This document shows positions 23,074 to 36,480 of a stretch of DNA of 64,000 nucleotides, piece by piece. The stretch lies in assembly GCA_951406725.2 (NCBI GenBank), contig OX597815.1, positions 51,398,001 through 51,462,000 on the forward strand, written 5' to 3'. The DNA comes from Octopus vulgaris. Taxonomy: Eukaryota. How positions within the stretch are numbered: position 1 is the first letter of the stretch; every line of letters begins with the position of its first letter. A program made the translations under genes and the position numbers. The notes beneath the pieces are model-generated. The model was not told the origin of the DNA and ran no database searches. It was given only the letters and a program-made list of their open reading frames with translations.

Positions 23074-24589
23074 TATATATATATATATATCAGGCTTCCT
23101 TCAGTTTCTGTCAACCAAATCCACTCACAAAGCTTTAGTCAGCCCAAGACTATAGTAGAAGACATTTGCCCAAGGTGCCATGCAATGGGACTGAACCCAG
23201 AACCATGTGGTTGGGAAGCAAGCTTCTTACCACACAGCCACTCCTGCACCTGTGTGTGCGTGTGTGTGTGTGTGTGTGTATGTGTGCATGTATACGTGCA
23301 TGTGTGTGTACATATAGTTCAGTCTAGTAATACTAACTTGCAACCTAAATGTTGCTAATGAGTTTATGAAAGGGAAATGATCATGATGACACTTTTTAAA
23401 TTTACAAAGTTCAGAAGTCAATACAAGTTGATACAAATATGTATTCTCTTTATTATTTTAGTGATTTATAAAAATATAAATTGGCATTTTTTAAGTGTAT
23501 TCCATGAGATAGGACTATGATAACTATTATTACTAAAAAAACCTGAGGGAAATGTGTTAATTAGTGAACTTTAATATCTAATATCTCATTACAAATGTCT
23601 CTTCGGTACAGAATTATTCTTTAAGCCTATAAATGAATGGAAGTATTCAGGGCTCTAAGAGGCCTTTCTAGATTAGAGGAGAGGAATGGTGGTGGTAGTT
23701 AATATGATTTTCATATCATTTTGAATTAGAGCTCAAGTAGGGAATGGGGCTTTGAAGTTTGTAGCTCTATTGATGAAAAACTGTGACAAAGTGCTTAGTG
23801 TTAAAGTCTTAGAAAGTAAGGCAATGTAAGTATTATGTTTGAATTGCAGAGGAATAGATTAAGCAAGTTCAGGAAAACTATAATCATTGCAGTGATGTTA
23901 GAAAAAGTAAACAAGACATACGACAGAGTTGTCTTAGGGAATCCATTTTGCAGTTTTGTTGTTGTTGCTGTTTTATGACTAAACTAGGCTAAGATTTGAT
24001 ATGAAAGATATATATTCTGTAGTAGAGAGGGTTAAAGATCTTACAAAGAGTGACTATCCAGAACTATGGTGAGTTTTAAGGAGGCTGTTTTTTTTTTTAT
24101 GGAGCTAATCAGTGTCAATCACAGAAAACTTCTTATTGTGAATTGCTCATTAACAAAAGTGTTACATTTTATTTTAGTAATAATTACTGTTTAGTTTTTC
24201 AAAATATTTGTTTCATAATATATTCCTGAAGAATATAAGACATAGACAAGAGTTGTTAAGGTTGTAGCATTGCTATTTGGTTCATTTCAGAAGTAAATTA
24301 AATTCCAAAACCAGTGACCCAGCAGGGATTTGTTACCAATAGAAGTAGTAATATTTCAGTTTTAACTAGAATAGAGTGTTAAAGAATCATCAGAATTTTC
24401 AAGAGTTATTTCATTTCATTTCCTCTTGTTTTCAGCTGGGTTTTGTTGACACCAGTAAAGGAAAATGCACAAATTATGCTATTGTTACCTTATAGCATTC
24501 ATGATGGTGATAAAGACAGGGCTGCTAATTATGGTGGCTATGAGGATCATGATTCTTAACTTAGACATACTGCCATGAATTTTGGGGAA

Positions 24590-24745
24590 AGTGTAGCTGT
24601 GTGGTAAGAAGTTTGCTTCCCAACCAGATGGTTGCGGGTTCAGTCCCACTGTGTGGCACCTTGGGCAAGTGTCTTCTACTACAGCCCTAGGCCAACCAAA
24701 GCCTTGTGAGTGAATTCGGTAGACAGAAACTGATAGAAGCCCAAC
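24590..24745 (+). mobile_element. Family-A SINE 5' half
   Basis: gctgtgtggtaagaagtttgcttcccaacc..gggttcagtcccactg..accttgggcaagtgtc. Confidence 0.85.
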
Positions 24746-24844
24746 ATGTGTGTGTGTGTGTGTGTGTGCTTTAGTCTTAACATCTCATAACTTGTTTCAG
24801 CCATTAGACTACAGTCATGCTGAAGCACCACTTTGAAAACGAAA

Positions 24845-25005
24845 ATTCCCCTTGGTCCGAAGGCTATTCTATCACAGGGTTACTCATTTACAGCTGGGTG
24901 GATTAGAGCAACATGAAAATGAAGTGCTGCCTGATCTGAGAATCAAACCCCACAATCTTGCAATCGTGAGTGCAACACCCTAACCACTATGCCCTGCACC
25001 TTCAC
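24845..25005 (-). mobile_element. tRNA-derived SINE fragment (family E-like)
   Basis: tactcatttacagctg..agagcaacatgaaa..gagtgcaacaccctaaccact; related to 33101-33432 and 43806-44120. Confidence 0.6.
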
Positions 25006-26365
25006 ATGATAATTATAAGACAGTGTCACTGTCATACAAACCAGTGAGGGATGACAACAGGAAAGGAATCAAGCCATAGAAAATCTACCTGAATAAATTC
25101 TGTCTGACCTATGCAAGCATAGAAGAGTGGACATTAAAATGATAATGATGTTGGAGAAAGAAATAGTCTGAGCCAAAGTTGAAATGCTGAGTAAGAGAAA
25201 CTGATTTCATTTCACATTGCAGAAACTGCTCTGACTTCAAATAGAAAAAAGATAAGGGAATTAAAAATAAAAGTATTTTAGCACAGTAAATGGCGTAAGA
25301 CATATTACGCACTTAAATAAGACATCCTATGAATGAAATGTTAAAGTAAATTAGTGATATAAGATTCATTCTAAAATTAAGTTCCTTTCTAGAGAAAAGT
25401 AGATATCTAAAACATACATCACCTGTCACTGTTTTATTTTTGTTGGTGTTATTTTCTTTTAAATTTATTTTTAATAATTTGTATTTACTATAAATGATTA
25501 TGTGGGCCATCTTCACAGAGAGAAAGAGAAGAGAGAAGAGAAGAGGAAACAGAGGGTGAGGGAGCAAACTGAAAAATCTGTTGTTATCAACACAGATGTC
25601 ATTCTCCTTAATCAGATGAGACTTGCTGGATAACCTCTAAAATACACCCAGTACAACATATTCAGAAAAATGAACAGAAAATTTGAATTTCTAATGCTCA
25701 TAATCATGTGATAAAGTCATAACTTCAAAGATTATAAAATGTACACACACACACACGTGTGTGTGTGTGTGTGTGTGTATAAATATGCACACACATAAAT
25801 ACTTATCAATAAGACTAATATCTAGTGTTGTAATATATTTCTTTTTTTCTTTTTCTTTCACCTGATCTGCATATCAGGAACCAAAATATATACATGTAAT
25901 TTTCAGTGTACATACAAGGTGATGTGATTATCTCAGTGCACGTGTGAGTGTGTGCATGTATATGCCTGTGTGTGTTTGTGTGTGCCTTGAAAATCCTTCA
26001 AATTAAGTGATGTTAAAAAGAGAAAGTTTAGAGCATGGGAAAATTTAAGTGCATCCTTTCTCAGGCTGGTACCGATAGAGACAAGAGATTAGGACAACCA
26101 AGGATTTCCTCTCGTTATCATATTTTAATCAGCTTCCTGTCTTTTTGAAATCAAATATATAATTCTATGTTCTTTTTAATTACAATTCTATAATATTTGG
26201 TTCCATTTTAACAACTAACAGGTGAGAACATAGACGTTATTTCTAAAAGGTAAGGTAAATAAAAACAGATACCTGAAATGTTAGTGATTGGTGTCAAATA
26301 GGATGTTGTAGCTTTTTATTTTTTAGCAGCAGCAGAATTAGATTTGAAGATTTAGAAAACTAATA

Positions 26366-26680
26366 CAGTGTAACCTCAATTTATGAATTTGTTTCATTCC
26401 TGAAGGCTGTTCGTCACCCAAAGTGTTCGTAAAACAAAATTATTTTTCCCATAAGAAACTTAAGAGAAGGCATAGTGAATTCAAGTAGAGACATGCACTG
26501 AATGAAAGCTAGACTGATGCTCTCCAGCTGATATTCACACCTTGACACCAGTTGTTGTTGCTGGATTGCATGTTCATTACTCAAGACACTGATTGTCATC
26601 TGAGATGTTTTATGATAAAAAAATTATTCATAAACCAATCACTTCATGATCAAATGCATTTGTAAACATAGGTTCCATTG
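26366..26680. mobile_element. Tigger/pogo-type MITE
   Basis: TA-CAGTGTAACCT...AGGTTCCATTG-TA termini and an internal tttttcccataagaaa motif typical of Tigger-derived MITEs. Confidence 0.7.
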
Positions 26681-27191
26681 TATATTTATAGTTGTTAGTT
26701 GAATCTGTAGAAGTTGGTTAAAGATTTAACCAACTTCCATAGGCTGAAGAAAAATAGGACAATAGGATAAGTGATAAGAGCACGTCTAAATGCCTAGAGA
26801 GGTAGTGACAAACAAATAAGATGATGATTGATTGATAGATTGATTGACACATACATATATACATATATGTGTGACCAGACTCAAGAGATCAGTGTTCGTC
26901 TGCATGGGAAAGACTTGTGTTATTCAGTAAAATCGATAAAAAGAGTGAATTGATCATGGGGACTGGAAAATCTAATGTTTCAGACAGAGTCCTTCTTCTG
27001 GGAGAAGCTGAAAGGCACACAATTAATGAGAGACAGAATAGTTTCATATCTTCTAAGTTAAAACACTCAGCCATGTCTCATTAAATTCTCTCCTTTCAAC
27101 TTTACCCTGAAGAGAGAATCTCCAAAATGTTGGATTTTTAACTCAACATGTTATGTTCACTGTACCCTTCTTTTATTGAATTTGATATATA

Positions 27192-27660
27192 CAGGGAGCA
27201 TGAGATATTTGAGGACAGATCTATGCTCATAAAAAACATATATAATAACAGATAACTTTATTTATCAAAAAATGCCATGAAGATAAAAATAAACTTTCTT
27301 TTCAATAATGTTATTCAATAAAGCCACCTTCATCTTCAACAACAACTTCTATATGAGATCTAAATCATCTACATGCTCAAATCAGTTGGTCCTGGTTAAT
27401 TTTGGACATTACTGACTATGGCAGCTTTCAAAGAATCTTTGGTGTTATGACCGTGTTCATTGACCTCTCTCTCAACAATGCTCCACATGTAATAGTCCAA
27501 TGGATTGAGATCTGGGGAATTAGGGGGCCAAATGTTAGGGGTTATGTGATCATGAAAATTTTCAGCCATCCATTCCTGTGTTATTAGAGCCATGTGTGAT
27601 AGTGCAGAGTTTTACTGAAACACATATGACCTTCCATTGCATACATTGTCTATCCAGGGT
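27192..27660 (-). pseudogene. Tc1/mariner (maT/DD37D-like) transposase 3' fragment with one terminus
   Basis: QEWMAENFHDHITPNIWPPNSPDLNPLDYYMWSIVEREVNEHGHNTKDSLKAAI; TA-CAGGG terminus at 27190. Confidence 0.85.
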
Positions 27661-28421
27661 TTGTTTGATTTTGTTTCATTTGTTTTATATCTTTTATTTC
27701 CTGTTTTTGTCTTCCTTAACTAACATCATTATCCTGTTTTCTTACCACACTCTAAGCATGTTGCCTGAGATACACCAACACATTATATTGAGCTCTATTT
27801 CTTCCATTTGTGTCATATATCGCCAATTATATATTTATGTGTATGTATATTATATATAAGTGTGTGTGTGTTTGTTACAAAGACATTTTTGATATATGTC
27901 TAAAAGTAAACCTCTTCACATTGAACAACTTTTAGTCAAACAAATCAACCCCCAGTACTTATTCTTTATAAGTCTGGTACTTTTTCTATCAGTCGCTTTT
28001 GCCAAAGCCTTAAGTTACAGGAGACAACCAACACTGGTTGTCAAATGCTTCCAAACAGTTTCTGCAAACTAAATTCACTCAGAAGACATTGGTTGGCCTG
28101 GGACTATAAGAGAAGTCACTCCAGCCATTTCGTCTTCAAATGAAATACAATAGCTACTTTAGCAAATTTGGCTACAGTAAGCTCTAACCAATCCTAAGAA
28201 CAATATTTTTGTGGTTATTATTGTTATCCTATTTAGATATAACAGTTAAAATCTAACCATGCAATATAATTTTGATGTACTACAGGTTAATATTTTTATA
28301 ATTATCATAAAAATATTCTTTGCATATCTATCAGGTTCTTCAAGATTATACTGTGTTTTTTGGTGGGTCATCAGGAAAGATTTAAGCTGAAATTCCTATA
28401 AAATCATATGTGCAAACAGTA

Positions 28422-28464
<43 letters not shown>

Positions 28465-30649
28465 CATACACACACACACATATAAGCATGCAGAGAAATG
28501 CACATATGCATGCACACATGCACACACATTTTTATAGTCACATATAATCTTATATAAATATACTTTCCTTGAACAAATACAAGCAATTATGTTGTGTGCA
28601 TGTGTAAAGAATTGCATCATGGATACACTTTGCACACAGCATATTCACATATGTTACATATTGATGTTACAAGTCACACAAACATGTATTTTAAGCTAGT
28701 GTAAGGTATATATACATCTTTATATATTTGCCTCACATATATACATTTATATATAGTTACATGCTCTGTTGTGAATTATAACTTTCTTAAGAATATATCA
28801 AAATTTAAAGAAATTTATATTTCAAAACTTTAAATTTATTTAAGCAAATTTGAAAAAGTGGAAAATAATGTGCGTGGTGCAGATGAATGGAAGGGATGGT
28901 CGATACCTTTTATTGAGCTGTAGTCAAAGAAAGCATTAATAATATATTATTTTGGCGTACCAAATACTCACTTACACAACTATCTCTTGTCTTAGTTTCC
29001 AACAGTGTGTGTGTGTATGTGTGTGTGTAAGCTAAAGATCTGTTTAAAAGTCACAGTATAGTGGAGAAATAAACAATTTATAAAAATTTGAAAATTAAAA
29101 TGTAAAGAAATAGGTGTAAAGAATTGAAAATTCTTTGAGAAATCAAACTCAACAAGCTGTTAAAGTGAATATTTGAACGACACATGGGTAGCAAGTTCAT
29201 TAGAATGGGAGGGGAGCAAAAGAATAGATTCCTGATATATGAAAACATAATGATACCTCTTGCCAGAACTTCAATCAGCTACCATTATCACTAGTCTTTA
29301 AAATTGTCTCAGAGAGGAGAAAATAAATAAAGAATTTACTAAATTCACGCAGATGAAGGAGTGAATGAAAAGCTTAGTAATGTTGAAAGAGGTGGAATGA
29401 AAAATAATTTTGAATAAAAATGTATATAAAGAGAAAAAAATATAAAGGTTTATAAATCAATGGAAATGAAAATGTAAGGTGCATCAGGTATGAGCTTGTA
29501 TTTTTCTTTAATTTTGTTCACACTGAACTAAAATTGGTGAGAGTAGTGTGGATCACAACAGATTAAGTTAACGAGATAAAAGTGAGAATTTCTCTAACAA
29601 TTTAAATCAAATAGCTATTTTTTTCTTATTAAATGGAAAGAAAAAGTAAAGGAAAAGTGAAAATCTTATGCGTAGCAAACAAATAAACAATTCTTTTTTC
29701 CTTACACTACTTTTATCTTCAACACTGGCCAACTAATTCTGTGAGACTTCGTAAAAGGACAAAATGTTGAAGTCTCTCAGATAAAACAAAAAATCTATTT
29801 TCTTTTGTCTCCAAAGGTCAGAGTTATAGTGAAGTTCAATAAAAATTCATTTGGTCATACTTTTATGGATGTTAATAATTGAGTTTAGAACTTATAAAAC
29901 TTTACCATCTTTCAGTTGACATTCATAAACTTTACTCTAATAATAACTGTATATTCTTACTTCATCCAGTTATATATACATTCATTAATTCTGCACACAA
30001 AATAAAAAGTGATTTATATTTTAATAACCAAGTGGAATTTAGTTCATTGTGGTAGATCAATTATTTAGAGGGGAATGAGCTTAACACAAACATTCAGATG
30101 GTTGATCTAACTATTCCTATCCTATTGTCAGTTTTAATAGTAAAACTGAAGAGAATTTCTTAGAAAACTATAAAATTTCTTTCCAGAATCTTAGTCTAAA
30201 ACTTTGCTTTATAAGATGTTTGTCAACTTTGATGTTTTAAATTTTTATATATTTATCTATCACTAAATTTACCAAAATGGTAATATTTCTGATTCCAAAG
30301 CAATCAATGAAGAGACAATAAAATACAGAATGAATTGGAATTTGTTTTCAGGAATGGGTATCTTTTAAATCTCAATAAAATGTTTTAAAAGCCACTGTAT
30401 GATATTTTAAAAGGTCTGAAGCACTATAATTCTTGTGGATGCTTTTAACAAAATATAAAAATATTTTAGCCGCAATTTGAATAACCCATAGAATTCAGTT
30501 ATTTATTTGGAAATGTGCATTCTTATAATAAATAATTCTTCCTATAGGATCAGGAAGTTTCTAGTTGATCAAAGCAGGTGACAAAAATATATTGAAAAAT
30601 TAAATATCAATTTGAATTTTTTTTAATAGTGTTTAATTCATTAAGACAT

Positions 30650-31050
30650 AGGACAAGATGGTGAGAAAGTATCTTCAGACATTGGGCTTCACAAAGGGGA
30701 TGAAAAAGGACTGAGACTTCTGGCAGTTCAATGTGCTTGGGAAGACATGTCAAGCTAAACAAAATTGTGGTTGCCCTTGCAAACAGATATGTCCCCTACA
30801 TCCTTCTTCAGCTGACCAATCCAAATCTTGCAGGCTTGTGGGTGCTGGTGCTATGTAAAAAGCATCTGTGCTGACACCACATAAGAGCTGGTGCTGTATA
30901 AAAGCACCCAGTACACTCTGTAAAGTGGTTTTAGGAAGGGCATCCAGCCACAGAAACCATGCCAAAACAGACAAGAAGCCTGGCCAGCTTCCATTAAACC
31001 ACCCAACCCATATCAGCATGGAAAATGGACATTAAATGATGATGACAATG
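30650..31050 (+). mobile_element. RTE LINE 3' end fragment
   Basis: ggtgagaaagtatcttcagacattgggc (VKHDLRTLG-like) through aaggcatccagc..catggaaaatggacattaaatgatgatg. Confidence 0.75.
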
Positions 31051-31427
31051 GTAAAAATTGATTACTGAAAGTCAGTTTAATGAAGTGTGTTCTGATTTAC
31101 AATTAAATGGATCTTGATTAACCTTGCTAAGCCTCCTCTTACATCCAGCCAACTATGAAACAGTAGTTTCTACTGTGGCTGGTTCACTAGCCTCTATGCA
31201 CTGATAATTTTATGTATCTGACCCTACAGACATTCACTTACCATACACAGAATTTATTCATATGCAATTTCAACAGCTTCTACCACAATCAAGGGCCTCC
31301 AATATTCTCTAATGAGTAGTTGACTTAACAACACTTTAAACAACACATATCTCAAAAGCAAAAACCATATTATACACAATCAACTCATAAAATGCTACAG
31401 GCAAAACTAATATAATCTATGAGATCA

Positions 31428-31850
31428 CATCATCATCATCATCATCATCGTTTAACGTCCGTTTTCCATGCTAGCATGGGTTGAGCGGTTCGACCGGGGT
31501 CTGGGAAGCCAGGAGGCTGCACCAGACTCCAGTCTGATCTGGCAGAGTTTCTACAGCTGGATGCCCTTCCTAATGCCAACCATTCCGTGAGTGTAGTGAG
31601 TGTTTTTTTATGTGCCACCAGCACAGGTGCCAGTGGGGGCTGGCAATAGCCATGATCGGTTGGTGCTTTTTATATGCCACCAGCAGGGAAGACAGTTGAG
31701 GCGGCGCTGGCATCGGCCACGTTCGGATGATGCTTTTTACGTGTCACCGGTACAGGTATCATAACTACAATTTCCATTTGATGTTTATTTTGATGTTGAT
31801 GTACTTGACTCAATAGGTCTCCTCAAGCACAGCAGGTTGCCCAACGATCC
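31428..31850 (-). mobile_element. RTE LINE 3' UTR fragment with (GAT)n tail
   Basis: (ATC)n-gtttaacgtccgttttccatgctagcatgggttg.., with repeated ggtgctttttatatgccacc-like units. Confidence 0.8.
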
Positions 31851-32449
31851 ACTTATAGTTCATTTAACCTGAACTGCTTAAAATCAAAAAAAATAAACTT
31901 ACTTTCTAAAACCCAAAAGATACCTCAACTCTAAACAACTGATGTCCCTATATAAGAGCCCTGGGCCAATAAATGCATTGTAAGTGAATATGGTAGAATG
32001 AAATTCTGTGGAAGCCCATCATATATGTGTATGTCTGTCTGTGTGTGTCTTTGTGTTTGTCAACCTTTGACAATCAGTGTTGGTTTGTTTGTGTCCCTGT
32101 AAATCAATGGTCAGGAAAAAGAAAATAGAATACATATTAGACTTAAAAACACTGGGATAAATTTTTTCAACCAAACCCCCTCCAAAGCAGTGCACCAGCA
32201 TGACCACAGTCCACTAGCTGAAACAAGTAAAAGATAAAAGACACACAAAAAAAAACATAGATATTCAAATATCCTACACACAAGTACATTTAGTAATATT
32301 TATTTGCTTGGGTTGGCAGCCTTCATTTGCCAAACCTCAACCAACTACTTAGCCATCATCCTGCTGTGTTTCACTTATTCCATGCTTTTTTCCACATCTA
32401 TACATGTAAATATAGCCACCAAATTGGTTTCACATCACATTCTTGTGTC

Positions 32450-32677
32450 TTAACCTTTTAGATTCCAGATTACTCTCTCAAACATAAGACTTGTTTATTC
32501 ACTTTCTTTTTGAATTAATCCTGCATTATCTCATAACTTCAAGATTCCAATTATGTAACTGTTTACTTTTAGAATAACACTGTAGGGTAGGTGTAAGAGA
32601 TTGAACCTGGCTAGTTTGAACATAAAACAATTAGAATATTTTGGCCAGATACGAGTGGTTTAAATGTTAAAGGGTTA
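32450..32677. mobile_element. piggyBac-like (TTAA) MITE, inverted relative to 39904
   Basis: ttaaccttttag...gtttaaatgttaaagggttaa. Confidence 0.7.
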
Positions 32678-33052
32678 ATAAAGAAGGAATACATTGGGCA
32701 ATGGGTAGTCACAGTTTATCCTTTACTTGTTTCAGTCACTGGACTTTGACCATCTTGTGACACTGTCTTAAAAGCTCTAATCAAACACACACACACATAT
32801 GATTCATTAGAAATGATACATGATAAAACTCAATACACATGTAGAGTATTCGTTAATACATTATAACTGAAAGGCACTGATCCCCAGTACTCAGTTCAGA
32901 GTTGCTTGTTTCCAATCATCAGCTGGGTCTCTTTTGAATATTCACTGCCTCAATACTTTTTGAAATATGATATGAAAGTTTGAAGAAAATGCTTATCTTT
33001 GTTTTCTTCCATCTGCAAAACTTTGTGAACATGTACAAAAATATAATTCACA

Positions 33053-33091
<39 letters not shown>

Positions 33092-33100
33092 GCACACGCA

Positions 33101-33432
33101 TGGTGCATGGCTCAGTGGTTAGAGCATCAGGCTCATAATAATGAGGTTGTGAGTTTGATTCCAAGTCCAGTCTGTGTGTTGTGTTCTTGAGCAAGACATG
33201 TTATTTCATGTTGCTCCAGTTCACTCAGCTGTAGAAATGAGTTGCAATATCACTGGTGCTAAGCTGCATTGGCCTTTGCATTTCTTTTGGATAACATTGG
33301 TGGCATGGAGGTGGGAGGCTGGTATGCATGGGCAACTGCAAGTCTTCTATAAACAACCTTGCCTCTGGACTTGTGCCTTGGAGGGTAACTTTCTAGGTGA
33401 AATTCCATGGTCATTCATGACCAAAGGGGGTC
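33101..33432 (+). mobile_element. tRNA-derived SINE (family E)
   Basis: A-box tggctcagtggttagagc, B-box-like gagtttgattcc, CORE-like tgtgttcttgagcaagac; reverse copy at 43806-44120. Confidence 0.8.
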
Positions 33433-33442
33433 TTTATATATA

Positions 33443-33610
33443 TAGGTGTGACTGTGTGGTAAGAAGCTTGCTTCCTCACCACATAATTCCAGGTTCAGTC
33501 CCACTGTATGGCACATTGGGCAACTGTCTTCTACTACAGCCTTGGGCTGACCAAAGCCTTGTAAGTGGATTTGGTAGACGGAAACTAAAAGAAGCTTATC
33601 ATATGTGTGA

Positions 33611-33648
<38 letters not shown>

Positions 33649-33865
33649 CTTTGTGTCTGTGTTTGTCCTCCTCATCATTTGACAACTGGTGTTGGTGTGT
33701 TTGCATCCTTGTAACCTAGCAGTTTGGTCAAAGAGCCTGATAGAATAAGTACCAGGTTTTAAAAAAATACACGGGTCAATTCATTTGACTAAAAATTCTA
33801 CAAGGCACTGCCCCAGTATGACTGCAGTTTAATGACTGAAACCAGTAAAAGTAAAAATTAAAAGA
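33443..33865 (+). mobile_element. Full-length family-A SINE with internal (TG)n
   Basis: Head, core, microsatellite and tail are all present. Confidence 0.88.
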
Positions 33866-34072
33866 TATATATACACACACATGACAGGCTTCACATTCAG
33901 TTCATCACAACCAAATTCACCCACAAAGCATTAATCAACTCAGGATTATAATAGAAGATGCTCACACCAAGGTGTCATGCAGTAAAGCTGAACTCAAAAC
34001 CATGTGGTTTGCAAATCAAGTTTCTTACCTACACAGCCAAGCCTGTGCCTATACAAAAAATAAAAGGTCAAA

Positions 34073-34145
34073 GGCTGCCTGTGAAATTTGAACCCACATC
34101 TTCTGTAAAATATGACAGCTGTTCTGCCATTTTACCAAATAGACC
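34073..34145 (-). pseudogene. tRNA-like relic (tRNA pseudogene or isolated SINE head)
   Basis: Minus strand ggtctatttggtaaaatggcagaacagctgtcatattttacagaagatgtgggttcaaatttcacaggcagcc: A-box, CTGT/ACAG stem and GGTTCAAAT T-loop; acceptor stem decayed. Confidence 0.4.
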
Positions 34146-36480
34146 CTTCACTTGGGTTGCCATTGATCATATATCCATCTATTTTGCCAAGGCTGACTTG
34201 GTATAAACAACAAAAAACAGCAACAGTACATACAATAACAATAAGACTAAAGAAACATCTTGTGAAATACTGCAGAACTATCTTTCTTGCTTTACTTGTT
34301 TCAGTCATTAGACTGCGGTTATACTGGGGCACCACCTTGAAGACATTTTAGTTGTAGGAATCAACCCTAGTACTTATTATCTTTCTTATTTTTATTATTA
34401 TTATCTCTATTGGTCTCTTTTGCCAAACTGCTAAATTAAGGAGATGTAAACAGACCAACACCAGTTGTCAAGTGGAGACACTTGCCTCGGATGCCCTGCA
34501 ATGGCATTGAATCTGAGACCATGTGGTTGGGAAGCAAGCTTCTTACCACACAGCCACACTTGTACCTATGTTAATAAGTACAAGAAATGATCTGATGTTT
34601 CAAAATCTAATTCATATCGAAAATAAAGAACACTATGAAAACTTGAAGTGATAAAGTATGACAACAATGATTGGCGACAACAATGATTGGCGGCAATCAT
34701 GATGATGATGATGTTGATGATGACAATGATGATGACAAAGATGATTATGACAATGATGATGATGAGACAATATGAAAATAACTTGAAATGTGAAAAGCAG
34801 CATCATAAGAAATAATTATGCCATCATTATCTCAAATTAGTGAAGAGTTTTTCGTTGTCGGTGAGGGTCAGCCTCTTACTTCTTTGCCTCACTTTCAAAA
34901 TAACACCGAGTCGAGGAGTGATATCTGGAAATAAATCATCTCGACAATAACAAAAGAGGCAAAGAGAAGACTGCAGAGAAAGATAAAGAAAGGAAACAAC
35001 AGTGGTGAAATAGAGAGCAGCATTTACATTCATTTGCATATATAAAAGTTAAAACAATTGTTGACAGTGGAAATCTTTTGACAACATAATCGAAACAGTT
35101 ATATGAGCAATGATGGTGGTAGTGGTGGTGACTGTAGTGGCAGAGGTGGTGATGGTGGTGGTAGTGATGATGAGGACAGCAGTAATGGAGACAGACAGCA
35201 AAGAAATTGAGGACAGTTATGAGCATGGACATTAATTGATTAAATCATCTGGATTGGAGATGATAAAGGAAATGGAGCCAAACTAAATGAGGAAGGGGAG
35301 GAGGAAGAGAATAATGGCAGCAGTGATGAAGGGGTGAAGAGAGTAGAGTGGAGAGTTGATGGTAGGTAGATGGAAGGAAGTAGAGGGAGGAGTGGAAGCA
35401 GTGACCAGTGGGTGAAAATAAATTGATAAATGAAATAATAATTAGATTTTCGTAATTGTAAATAAAGATGAGGGAAGAGTATCTAAATGTAACATCAGTG
35501 AGGAAACTGATAATAAGCAGGTAGGTGGGGTTGGTGGGAGTCTGATAGAGAGAGAGAGAGAGAGAGAGACTGAGCAAGAAGTAATATATGGGTGAAAGGA
35601 GGAGTAGAAGTAAGTGATTAAAGAAAAGATGAGAGAGATGAGGAGAATGGAAGGAGGTTCTGATGGCACAGAAAATAACAATATACAATAAAATACTGGA
35701 ATCTGAAAATAACTTGAAACAGGAAATCACCAACATGTATTAAAGGACATGAAAGACAATAATAACCACAACAACAATGTTAATATTGATGATGGTGATG
35801 ATGACAATGATGATAACAATAATGGCAATGATGACAGCTATGATGATTTGCATTAGTTGTTGAAAATTGAAGGAAACATAAGAAGGAGACAGAGAAGTAC
35901 AAAACCCTGAGTGGTGGTTATAGATATTGAAAATAAATTGAGCATTGTTGATTTTAGATGGAGGGCATCTGGGGTGAACTTAAAAGTCAAGTTTCTTAGC
36001 TTTCAAAAGAAACACAATGATGTTGAACTAGATCTTAATAGCTTAGTTTTTGTGGAATATACCTTTCCATTTATTTATTTTTCTTCCATGTATATATCAG
36101 AGGTTCCCAAACTAGGGTAAATTTACTCCTAGAATCAGAAAATTTACTCTATTCAAGGTACTGCTAAGTCTGGATGTGTACATATTCTTGTTCAACCCTG
36201 TACCCATGCCTGGCAGCCACAGGCTTGTGAGTATGTGTGACACCTTTGGCAAGTCTTCTACTATAGCCTTGAGCCAACTAAAGTCTTCTGAGTGAATTTG
36301 GTAGCAGGAAACTGATACACACACATGCATACACACACACACACACACACACACATAAAATCAAGTAAAGGTATAAACCTCATTAATCCATCATAAATCC
36401 AATGAAAATACTGGTTAGTTACCAATCTATAGAAAGCTCAACTATAAAGTAACCATATAAACCATGGTCCATATACTTAA

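Larger units (their letters stand above)
21545..23250 (-). mobile_element. Family-A SINE split at its internal microsatellite (3' half 21545-21780, 5' half 23091-23250)
   Basis: Both halves lie in the same orientation and correct order around the RTE LINE and hairpin inserts. Confidence 0.75.

Noticed and set aside
24436-24560. Cadherin-like peptide (VKEN..DGDKD) after a good + strand acceptor
   Set aside because: Motif spacing and hydrophobic pattern do not fit a cadherin repeat, a stop follows, and no further cadherin sequence is nearby.
25742-25778. (CA)n-CG-(TG)n palindrome; similar ones near 46390 and 56860
   Set aside because: Trivial head-to-head microsatellite arrangement, common in such genomes.
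31590-31760. CRISPR-like direct repeats (ggtgctttttatatgccacc) with variable spacers
   Set aside because: Eukaryotic context, no cas genes, only three degenerate units, the spacers resemble each other, and the block is part of an RTE 3' UTR.
35245-35736. 163-aa hydrophobic minus-strand ORF
   Set aside because: It comes from purine-rich low-complexity sequence and a (GA)n tract, with no domain signature.
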